Assembly: GCF_032444005.1 (NCBI RefSeq)
Contig: NC_091291.1
Coordinates: 6,758,001-6,822,000, forward strand
DNA length: 64,000 bases
Direction: 5' to 3'
Source: Ranitomeya imitator
Lineage: Eukaryota
The notes beneath the pieces were generated by a model. That model did no database searches, was not told the DNA's origin, and saw nothing but the letters and a program-made list of their open reading frames with translations. Both the position numbers and the translations under genes were made by a program. This document shows positions 49,536 through 60,010 of the stretch, piece after piece. The stretch's first letter is position 1. Each line of letters opens with the position of its first letter.

Positions 49536-51923
49536 ATGGAGGGCAGCGGGCGGCCGTCCCTCGGACACATCCTGCTCTTGGCCTCCAGCTCCGCCATCAC
49601 CGCCATCTTCTACTCCGTGTACCGCCAGAAATCTCGCCGGGTGCAGACGCTGAAGGTAAGAGGTGGTCGGCGGCCTCCTCAGGCTCGGGCCGCCGCCCGC
49701 TGCGTCCCGGGTGAGGTTTCCATTTCTTTCTCCTATTTTGGGGTCGATGCGACATTTTTATTTTTTTCGTTCCTCTTAAAGTGACAGCTCTGGAGATGAA
49801 AGTTCTCGATCAGAGTTTTTAGCTAATGTGGCGCCGTCCCTTTAAGAGAATTTTTTTTTTGTGATTTTTTTTTAAAGGGGGCGAAGAAAATCTCTCTGGA
49901 CGACGATTTACAGAAAGTCCTCCTGGATCTGCCCGGAAAGTGCGTCCCCTACGCGGTGATCGAAGGTAAGAGGAGCGGCGGCTCTTGTGGGTAATTCCCC
50001 GTCTTAAAGGGGCGGTCAGCGGAGATTAGGGCTCCGGTTTTGCGTCCTCGCCGGTGACTCTCGCTCTGTTTCAGGGGTCGTCCGCTCGGTGAAGGATTCC
50101 CTGCACAGTCAGTTTGTGGAGAACTGCAGAGGCGTCATCCACAGACTCTCCTTAAAGGAGCACAAGATGGTGTGGAACGGGACCACCCACCTCTGGTAAG
50201 TCGCCCCCCGACATCACCGATCGTCCCGGTGTAATCGCCGCAGGCGGAGCTTCCTGCGCGGGCACCTGGTGCGGGCGCCGCGCTCGATGGCAGCAACTGA
50301 AAACTGCTGTCATGCCTCCCAGCTTTCCCAGGATCCAGATAGGTAAATGTGCTGAGTTATGCTGCATGTATTAACTGCACACACCAACATTATCACCCAG
50401 CTTTCCAGGAGTCCTGAAAGGAAAGCAGAGCACAAACCAACACCTAGTTAGGCAGATAGGTCTTTAAAGGGGATGTCACCTGACCACTGAGGGCAAAAAG
50501 CCCCCTTTAAGAGTCCCGATTAATCTGGCTGATAACCATTATGGTTTTTTTTTACCACTGCCATATCTGAAGCCACCCAGCTTTTCTAGACTCTCCAGTC
50601 TGCCTACTTCATGTAGAAGAACATGTGCCACTGCAAATGGGCCACTCAGGAGTTTGGAAAAGTAGGGTGACAACAAATATTATAAATAATTAATCATTGA
50701 TACTCACCCAGCTCTCCTAGGCCCCTGAAAGGTAGAGCTGCGTAGTCAAACAGCAGTGGAAGGAGCATTACTGCAGATGGTCTATTCAGTTGTTAAGGAA
50801 AGCTGGGTGACCGTAATATAGCTCCCTTATTACTGCCCCCATCGATTATTATTACCCAGCTTTCCCACACTCCGGATGGGTAAAGGCAGATTTGCATAAG
50901 TCGCCTGCAAACTAGAACTACCTGGGATATATTGCTAGGAATAGGCAGGGGAGTCGCTGGGCTGGTGTGATGAGGTTACGTTATACCCATAGAGGAGGCA
51001 TCACCCAGCTTTACCAGGGACCAGAAAGGCAGATGTGCAGCCACAGCACCGTGCATTTGTATCCCCTTATATTAGCTAGAGGTGTTGTCACCCAGCTTTC
51101 CCAGACTTGTTACAGGCACCTCTTCTCCAGTAGGCTGTAGTTTAACCTTTCTGTAGTCTGGGAAAGCTGTGTCAGTGATCTCTGTGTCTCCTACAGGAGC
51201 GACCAGGAGAAAGTCATCCACCAGAGGACCAACTCCGTGCCCTTCGACCTGACGCGAGACGACGGCGACCCCCCCGGCCCGTCCGTCCGCGTCATCAGAC
51301 CCCTGGACGCGGCTGAGCTGGACCTGGAGACGGTGTACGAGAAGTTCCACCCCGCGGCGCAGTCCTTCACCAACATCCTGGGGCACTTCATCACCGGCGA
51401 GAGGCCGAAGGGCATCCAGGAGACGGAGGAGATGCTGAAGCTTGGCGCCACCGTGACGGGCGTGGGCGAGCTGGTCCTGGACCACCACATGGTGAAGCTG
51501 CAGCCGCCCAAGGCCGGGACGCCCTTCTACCTCAGCCGCCTGGACTTCGAGTCCTTGGTGCAGCGCCAGGAGTCCCAGGTCCGGCTCTGGAGGGTCCTGG
51601 CCGTGATTTGTGGGGTGGCCACGTGCGTCACCCTCTTCTTCATCCTGCGGCGCCAGTACCGGCGGCACAAGGAGCGGCAGCGGCTCCGACAGCTACAGAG
51701 GGAGTTCGAAGAGGCCAGCGCCAGGCTAGAGGAAGGGGACGAGGAGGAGGAGGCCGCGCGCCGCGCCTGCACCATCTGCCTCAGCAGCCAGAAGGCCTGC
51801 GTCTTCCTGGAGTGCGGCCACGTCTGCTCCTGCTACCGGTGCTACCAGGCCCTGCCCCAGCCCAAAAAGTGCCCCATCTGCAGGAACAGCATCTCCAGAA
51901 TGGTGCCCCTGTATAACAGCTAG
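49536..51923 (+). CDS. MUL1: MUL1, mitochondrial E3 ubiquitin/SUMO ligase, 351 aa; exons 49536-49655, 49878-49965, 50075-50195, 51197-51923
   Basis: GT-AG exons of 120/88/121/727 nt join in frame. Contains the N-terminal TM segment, GIDE region (GKCVPYAVIEG, HKMVWNGTTHLW, YEKFHP, GERPKGIQETEEMLK), second TM and a C3HC4 RING ending VPLYNS*. Confidence 0.98.
50318..51169. repeat. Ten copies of the (GT)CACCCAGCTTTCC motif in mixed orientation in MUL1 intron 3
   Basis: Forward at about 50318, 50393, 50574, 50704, 50854, 51001, 51088; reverse at about 50650, 50796, 51155. Confidence 0.8.
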
Positions 51924-51928
51924 AACCT

Positions 51929-52800
51929 GGGAAAGCTGGGTGACTGCCACTACAGCGGCCGTAAGTGCAGAAAGCTGGGTGACTGCCAATATGGCCACCA
52001 GTACTGTGTCCGTAAGTGAGGAAAGCTGGGTGACTGCCAATATGGCCTCCAGTACTGTGTCCGTAAGTGCGGAAAGCTGGGTGACTGCCAATATGGCCAC
52101 CAGTACTGTGTCCGTAAGTGTGGAAAGCTGGGTGACTGCTAATATGGCCACCAGTACTGTGTCCGTAAGTGCAGAAAGCTGGGTGACTGCCAGTATGGCC
52201 ACCAGTACTGTGTCCGTAAGTGTGGAAAGCTGGGTGACTGCTAATATGGCCACCAGTACTGTGTCCATAAGTGTGGAAAGCTGGGTGACTGCCAGTATGG
52301 CCACCAGTACTGTGTCCGTAAGTGCGGAAAGCTGGGTGACTGCCAGTATGGCCACCAGTATTGTGTCCGTAAGTGTGGAAAGCTGGGTGACTGCTAATAT
52401 GGCCACCAGTACTGTGTCCGTAAGTGTGGAAAGCTGGGTGACTGCCAGTATGGCCACCAGTACTGTGTCCGTAAGTGTGGAAAGCTGGGTGACTGCTAAT
52501 ATGGCCACCAGTACTGTGTCCGTAAGTGTGGAAAGCTGGGTGACTGCTAATATGGCCACCAGTACTGTGTCCGTAAGTGTGGAAAGCTGGGTGACTGCCA
52601 GTATGGCCACCAGTACTGTGTCCGTAAGTGTGGAAAGCTGGGTGACTGCTAATATGGCCACCAGTACTGTGTCCGTAAGTGCGGAAAGCTGGGTGACTGC
52701 CAGTATGGCCACCAGTATTGTGTCCATAAGTGTGGAAAGCTGGGTGACTGCTAATATGGCCACCAGTACTGTGTCCGTAAGTGTGGAAAGCTGGGTGGCT
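51929..52800 (+). repeat. 51-bp minisatellite (17 units) immediately after the MUL1 stop codon
   Basis: GTAAGTGTGGAAAGCTGGGTGACTGCTAATATGGCCACCAGTACTGTGTCC; unit starts at 51961+51n up to 52777. Confidence 0.98.
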
Positions 52801-53021
52801 GCCTGTACTGAGCTCGTAAGAGCCCCTGGTGCAGCAGGTGCTTTAATGGCGGCCATATTGGTAATCACCCAGCTTTCCCAACCACAGCGAATCCATAGTC
52901 CGCAACTTGTCTGATCGCTCACCATAGAAATAATTAAAGGGATCAGTCACCTTTAGTTCCAGGATTTGGGGTGAAATTCTCTATGTGGAAAAAAAATATT
53001 CTATTTTTGATGTTGAATTTT

Positions 53022-53052
<31 letters not shown>

Positions 53053-53106
53053 CACCAAAGATTTTGCAGCACTTGCAAGATGTCACTTTATGGCAGCTTG
53101 GGCCTT

Positions 53107-53112
53107 AATAAA
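53107..53112 (+). terminator. Candidate MUL1 polyadenylation signal AATAAA (another at 53178-53183)
   Basis: First canonical hexamer seen downstream of the MUL1 stop. Confidence 0.5.
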
Positions 53113-54031
53113 AGTTTACTATGTGAATGCAGTGAGACGTGAAGCGTTGGCGTCTGTCGGTCGGGTGGCGCTGTCGTAAATAAATTGCTAATTTTACGGC
53201 TGTTTTTTTTTTTGGCTTCCGTGGAAGTGAATGTGGACGTTCTTGCTGTAGTGTGGCCCCGCCCACTGTGGATATCCCACCTGCACATATATGTATGGAC
53301 TTGTGCGCACACGCTTGACACTGAGCGCTCATCCTCCTGCGGTGACACCTAGTGGTCACATGCGGTATATTCCCAGTATGGATTTTCTCTTTGAAATTGA
53401 TGATTCCGTTTTCAGTAGGAAGATGGAGAATATTGGTAGATCGGGAGTGGCTCCTCGCCTCTGAGCTCCATCATTGTCCCCGTCTGCTGTTATAGATCCC
53501 ATCACAGTTATGTGACCGATAGGAGGCATGGAGCGGTCATTGCTGACTGTTTCCGCTCTGATGCAGGGTCAGATCCTTTTGTTCTGGCTCGCCGCCCTCT
53601 TGGTGACATTGTTCTTCATCAGGTTCAGTTATGAATGAAGCCGCTTCTTAGCGATTTTTCACCTCCCGTGTTCTTTTCAGACAAGGACAATGTTTAGTTG
53701 TCTCTTGTTTCTATGATATCAGAGTTTTTTCCTTTTAATCCTACAGATAATTAATGCATAAAAGTTTCAGCACTTTGAGATATTATTTTGGAAATATAAA
53801 GATATAGAATATTTTGATGACAATTTTCTGATCGTTATTTAGAGGAAACTTAGTGACAAGTCCAATCAGTAAATCGTGTAATCACTATTGATTATGATCA
53901 GTTACAGAAATTGCTCTGCAGCATTTGCTCCACATTCAGTGATGACTTTTTCTTGTCTCTTGTACTCCGGCATCGGATCGTGTAAGAAATTAAACTTTAA
54001 GGAAATGTTTCAGCCAAGATCCTTCTATGTA

Positions 54032-54568
54032 TAGCCAGGAACCTAAGAGCTCGGCCTTACTGCTGTAGCCGGGAGCCTAAGAGCTCGGCTTTACTGCTGT
54101 AGCCGGGAACCTAAGAGCTCGGCCTTACTGCTGTAGCCGGGAACCTACGAGCTCGGCCTTACTTCTGTAGCCGGGAACCTAAGAGCTCGGCCTTACTGCT
54201 GTAACCGGGAACCTAAGAGCTCGGCCTTACTGCTGTAGCCGGGAACCTACGAGCTCGGCCTTACTTCTGTAGCCGGGAACCTAAGAGCTCGGCTTTACTG
54301 CTGTAGCCGGGAACCTACGAGCTCGGCCTTACTGCTGTAGCCGGGAACTTAAGAGCTCGGCTTTACTGCTGTATCTGGGAACCTAAGAGCTCGGCTTTAC
54401 TGCTGTAACCGGGAACCTAAGAGCTCGGCCTTACTTCTGTACCCGGGAACCTAAGAGCTCGGCCTTACTGCTGTAACCGGGAACCTAAGAGCTCGGCCTT
54501 ACTGCTGTAGCCGGGAACCTAAGAGCTCGGCCTTACTGCTGTAGCCGGGAACCTAAGAGCTCGGCCTT
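54032..54568. repeat. 34-bp minisatellite (16 units) amplified from transposase codons KAELLGSRLQQ
   Basis: The - strand unit is AAG GCC GAG CTC TTA GGT TCC CGG CTA CAG CAG T, contiguous with the ORF. Confidence 0.95.
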
Positions 54569-55142
54569 ATTCTTGGGCAGATTCAAATCTCTTGACAAGA
54601 TGGTTCGGTTCACTCTTATAAGTTCTGGTTCAGTTGAGGTTGCTGACAGAAAGTCTGAGTCGTGAGAAGAAGATGCTTCATGATGACACCAAGCGCCTTC
54701 TTCTTCCTCATTCGACTCGGCTGACAATTTTTCTGCTGTTTTTGGAGCCGGCAGTTCTTCTGTATGTGGTTCTGGGCGTATTGCAGATGGAAGGTTTGGA
54801 TACTGTAAAGTCCACTTCTTCTTTCTTGAAACTCCTTTCCTAATGGGGGACACTATGCAGAAATAGCAATTGGTAGTGTGATTGGTTGGCTCTCTCCAGG
54901 TCATTGGGATTGCAAAAGCCATAGATTGGTTCTTCTCATGCAACCACTGGGTAAGATGTGGTGCACATGTATTGCACAATATGTGTGGAGCCCAACTCTT
55001 GTCCTGATCTCCCAGTCTGCAGCCAGAACACAAGTTGTAGAGTTTCCTTACCATGGAACTGAAGCTTCACCTTTGACGGAAAAGTGACTTCTCTGCATAT
55101 GTAACAAAAGCTATCCGCATTGTTAATGAAAGAACGAGGCGT
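54533..55142 (-). pseudogene. Transposase N-terminal fragment with Chapa-type Cys/His zinc-binding region
   Basis: PRSFINNADSFCYIC, then a frameshift near 55060, then GCRLGDQDKSWAPHILCNTC...WREPTNHTTNCYFC...YPNLPSAIRP...SRDLNLPKNKAELLGSRLQQ*. The presumed start has decayed to ACG (55140-55142), and no catalytic region follows. Confidence 0.85.
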
Positions 55143-55203
55143 ATCAGGAAAAAACATAAAAACATGTCAATATGCTAAGAAATCCTAAAAATGTACAACT
55201 TAG

Positions 55204-57003
55204 ACAGAGAGCATTTATAAGTGTATACCTTACACAGAGAGCATTTATAAGTGTACACCTTACACAGAGCATTTATAAGTGTACACCTTACACAGAGAGC
55301 ATTTATAAGTGTACACCTTACACAGAGCATTTATAAGCGTACACCTTACACAGAGAGCATTTATAAGTGTACACCTTACACAGAGAGCATTTATAAGCGT
55401 ACACCTTACACAGAGAGCATTTATAAGTGTACACCTTACACAGAGAGCATTTATAAGTGTACACCTTACACAGAGAGCATTTATAAGTGTACACCTTACA
55501 CAGAGAGCATTTATAAGTGTACACCTTACACAGAGAGCATTTATAAGTGTACACCTTACACAGAGAGCATTTATAAGTGTACACCTTACACAGACAGCAT
55601 TTATAAGCGTACACCTTACACAGAGAGCATTTATAAGTGTACACCTTACACAGAGAGCATTTATAAGTGTACACCTTACACAGAGAGCATTTATAAGTGT
55701 ACACCTTACACAGAGAGCATTTATAAGTGTACACCTTACACAGAGCATTTATAAGTGTACACCTTACACAGAGAGCATTTATAAGTGTACACCTTACACA
55801 GAGCATTTATAAGTGTACACCTTACGCAGAGAGCATTTATAAGCGTACACCTTACGCAGAGAGCATTTATAAGTGTACACCTTACACAGAGAGCATTTAT
55901 AAGCGTACACCTTACACAGAGAGCATTTATAAGCGTACACCTTACACAGAGAGCATTTATAAGCGTACACCTTACACAGAGAGCATTTATAAGCGTACAC
56001 CTTACACAGAGCATTTATAAGCGTACACCTTACACAGAGAGCATTTATAAGCGTACACCTTACACAGAGAGCATTTATAAGTGTACACTTTACACAGAGA
56101 GCATTTATAAGTGTATACCTTACACAGAGAGCATTTATAAGTGTACACCTTACACAGAGCATTTATAAGTGTACACCTTACACAGAGAGCATTTATAAGT
56201 GTACACCTTACACAGAGCATTTATAAGCGTACACCTTACACAGAGAGCATTTATAAGTGTACACCTTACACAGAGAGCATTTATAAGCGTACACCTTACA
56301 CAGAGAGCATTTATAAGTGTACACCTTACACAGAGAGCATTTATAAGTGTACACCTTACACAGAGAGCATTTATAAGTGTACACCTTACACAGAGAGCAT
56401 TTATAAGTGTACACCTTACACAGAGAGCATTTATAAGTGTACACCTTACACAGAGAGCATTTATAAGTGTACACCTTACACAGACAGCATTTATAAGCGT
56501 ACACCTTACACAGAGAGCATTTATAAGTGTACACCTTACACAGAGAGCATTTATAAGTGTACACCTTACACAGAGAGCATTTATAAGTGTACACCTTACA
56601 CAGAGAGCATTTATAAGTGTACACCTTACACAGAGAGCATTTATAAGTGTACACCTTACGCAGAGAGCATTTATAAGCGTACACCTTACGCAGAGAGCAT
56701 TTATAAGTGTACACCTTACACAGAGAGCATTTATAAGCGTACACCTTACACAGAGAGCATTTATAAGCGTACACCTTACACAGAGAGCATTTATAAGCGT
56801 ACACCTTACACAGAGAGCATTTATAAGCGTACACCTTACACAGAGCATTTATAAGCGTACACCTTACACAGAGAGCATTTATAAGCGTACACCTTACACA
56901 GAGAGCATTTATAAGTGTACACTTTACACAGAGAGCATTTATAAGTGTATACCTTACACAGAGAGCATTTATAAGTGTACACCTTACACAGAGAGCATTT
57001 ATA
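55204..57003. repeat. 30/28-bp minisatellite (~60 units) inside the transposon 5' non-coding region
   Basis: CAGAGAGCATTTATAAG(T/C)GTACACCTTACA, with occasional 28-bp units lacking GA. Confidence 0.98.
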
Positions 57004-57507
57004 AAAGAGTGATGTCACTGTAATTAGGATGATGTCATAGGAGCAGAGTCGGCGTTTTGTGATTGGTCGCCCTGAGATGATAGAAGACTGAAGGCTCGGT
57101 AGACTAAATAGTAGCTCGTTAGTTACTTCTAACAATGTAATGAAAAGGAAGTAATAAAGACGCAATTGTCAAAAATAATCACAGCCTCCTCTGGATTATG
57201 GAAATTACAGCCAATCAGTAAATGTAAGCATCAGATTCGTTTTCAGCACAAAAAAATGAGTTCTGTTCAACTGTTTTTGTCTCTGAACCAATCTGGCTGT
57301 AGAACAGTGATGAGATAAATGGATCAGAAGGTTTTGTGTGCGGTACTAGGGACTGGACACTAGAGGGAGACGTAACACTTACACATTCTCTGTTGAGGTC
57401 ACTTCTATTTACAATTCTACTTTACTGTAAAGTGCAGATCTCTATGGCGACACCGGACATAAAATAATAAACTGTGAATTTCCTGTCAATATTGTCGTAT
57501 CTAAACT

Positions 57508-59957
57508 TGTGTGATACTGTCTGCTGAGCTGTGTATCTAATCCTCTCCTGTGTGATACTGACTGCTGAGCCATGTATCTAATCCTCTCCTGTGTGATACT
57601 GACTGCTGAGCTGTGTATCTAATCCTCTCCTGTGTGATACTGACTGCTGAGCCGTGTATCTAATCCTCTCCTGTGTGATACTGACTGCTGAGCTGTGTAT
57701 CTAATCCTCCCCTGTGTGATACTGACTGCTGAGCCGTGTATCTAATCCTCTCCTGTGTGATACTGACTGCTGAGCTGTGTATCTAATCCTCTCCTGTGTG
57801 ATACTGACTGCTGAGCCGAGCCGTGTATCTAATCCTCTCCTGTGTGATACTGACTGCTGAGCCGTGTATCTAATCCTCTCCTGTGTGATACTGTCTGCTG
57901 AGCTGTGTATCTAATCCTCTCCTGTGTGATACTGACTGCTGAGCCGTGTATCTAATCCTATCCTGTGTGATACTGTCTGCTGAGCCGTGTATCTAATCCT
58001 CTCCTGTGTGATACTGACTGCTGAGCTGTGTATCTAATCCTCCCCTGTGTGATACTGACTGCTGAGCCGTGTATCTAATCCTCTCCTGTGTGATACTGTC
58101 TGCTGAGCCGTGTATCTAATCCTCTCCTGTGTGATACTGACTGCTGAGCTGTGTATCTAATCCTCCTCTGTGTGATACTGACTGCTGAGCCGTGTATCTA
58201 ATCCTCTCCTGTGTGATACTGACTGCTGAGCTGTGTATCTAATCCTCCCCTGTGTGATACTGACTGCTGAGCCGTGTATCTAATCCTCCCCTGTGTGATA
58301 CTGACTGCTGAGCCGTGTATCTAATCCTCTCCTGTGTGATACTGTCTGCTGAGCATTGTATCTAATTTTCTCCTGTGTGATACTGACTGCTGAGCCGTGT
58401 ATCTAATCCTATCCTGTGTGATACTGTCTGCTGAGCCGTGTATCTAATCCTCTCCTGTGTGATACTGTCTGCTGAGCAGTGTATCTAATCCTCTCCTGTG
58501 TGATACTGACTGCTGAGCCTTGTATCTAATCCTCTCCTGTGTGATACTGACTGCTGAGCTGTGTATCTAATCCTCCCCTGTGTGATACTGACTGCTGAGC
58601 CTTGTATCTAATCCTCTCCTGTGTGATACTGTCTGCTGAGCATTGTATCTAATTTTCTCCTGTGTGATACTGACTGCTGAGCCGTGTATCTAATCCTATC
58701 CTGTGTGATACTGTCTGCTGAGCCGTGTACCTAATCCTCTCCTGTGTGATACTGTCTGCTGAGCAGTGTATCTAATCCTCTCCTGTGTGATACTGACTGC
58801 TGAGCCTTGTATCTAATCCTCTCCTGTGTGATACTGACTGCTGAGCTGTGTATCTAATCCTCCCCTGTGTGATACCGTCTGCTGAGCCATGTATCTAATC
58901 CTCTACTGTGTGATACTGACTGCTGAGCCGTGTATCTAATCCTCTCCTGTGTGATACTGTCTGCTGAGCCGTGTATCTAATCCTCTCCTGTGTGATACTG
59001 TCTGCTGAGCCGTGTATCTAATCCTCTCCTGTGTGATACTGTCTGCTGAGCCGTGTATCTAATCCTCTCCTGTGTGATACTGTCTGCTGAGCCGTGTATC
59101 TAATCCTCTCCTGTGTGATACTGACTGCTGAGCCGTGTATCTAATCCTCTCCTGTGTGATACTGACTGCTGAGCCGTGTATCTAATCCTCTCCTTTGTGA
59201 TACTGACTGCTGAGCTGTGTATCTAATCCTCCCCTGTGTGATACTGTCTGCTGAGCATTGTATCTAATTTTCTCCTGTGTGATACTGACTGCTGAGCCGT
59301 GTATCTAATCCTCCTCTGTGTGATACTGTCTGCTGAGCCGTGTATCTAATCCTATCCTGTGTGATACTGACTGCTGAGCCTTGTATCTAATCCTCTCCTG
59401 TGTGATACTGACTGCTGAGCCGTGTATCTAATCCTGTGTGATAGTCTGCTGAGCCGTGTATCTAATCCTCTCCTGTGTGATACTGACTGCTGAGCCGTGT
59501 ATCTAATCCTCTCCTGTGTGATACTGTCTGCTGAGTCGTGTATCTAATCCTCTCCTGTGTGATACTGTCTGCTGAGCCGTGTATCTAATCCTATCCTGTG
59601 TGATACTGACTGCTGAGCTGTATCTAATCCTCTCCTGTGTGATGCTGACTGCTGAGCCGTGTATCTAATCCTCACCTGTGTGATACCGACTGCTGAGCCG
59701 TGTATCTAATCCTCTCCTGTGTGATACTGTCTGCTGAGCCGTGTATCTAATCCTATCCTGTGTGATAGTCTGCTGAGCCGTGTATCTAATCCTATCCTGT
59801 GTGATACTGACTGCTGAGCTGTATCTAATCCTCTCCTGTGTGATACTGTCTGCTGAGCCGTGTATCTAATCCTATCCTGTGTGATACTGACTACTGAGCC
59901 GTGTATCTAATCCTCTCCTGTGTGATACTGACTGCTGAGCCGTGTATCTAATCCTCT
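57508..59957. repeat. 41-bp satellite (~60 units)
   Basis: TGTGTGATACTG(A/T)CTGCTGAGCCGTGTATCTAATCCTCTCC, period 41 (57541, 57582). Confidence 0.98.
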
Positions 59958-60010
59958 GGGCGTTTTGCTCCTTTTGATTTTGTGGTTTCCCTTCTCATCC
60001 ACAAGTTGGG

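Larger units (their letters stand above)
53990..57309 (-). mobile_element. Decayed Chapaev3-type (CMC/CACTA-related) DNA transposon, 3'-truncated and interrupted by two tandem arrays
   Basis: Transposase N-terminal pseudogene (see next feature). Non-coding 5' region continues at 57004-57309 with a GATTCGTTTTCAGCAC subterminal motif and a possible CACTG terminus at 57309, but no TWA target site follows. Family assignment is from recall. Confidence 0.65.

Noticed and set aside
51237-51923. Stand-alone 228-aa RING ORF
   Set aside because: It is MUL1 exon 4 (acceptor at 51196/51197) read from an internal GTG.
51726-52925. 399- and 324-aa ORFs over the 51-bp array
   Set aside because: A 17-codon repeat that lies after the true MUL1 stop.
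55251-57165. Many Cys/Tyr-rich ORFs resembling zinc-finger repeats
   Set aside because: Translations of the 30/28-bp minisatellite; frames switch at the 28-bp units.
53862-57223. 13-bp direct match CCAATCAGTAAAT at 53862 and 57211 as element ends
   Set aside because: Same orientation rather than inverted, and a match of this length is expected by chance in this much sequence.
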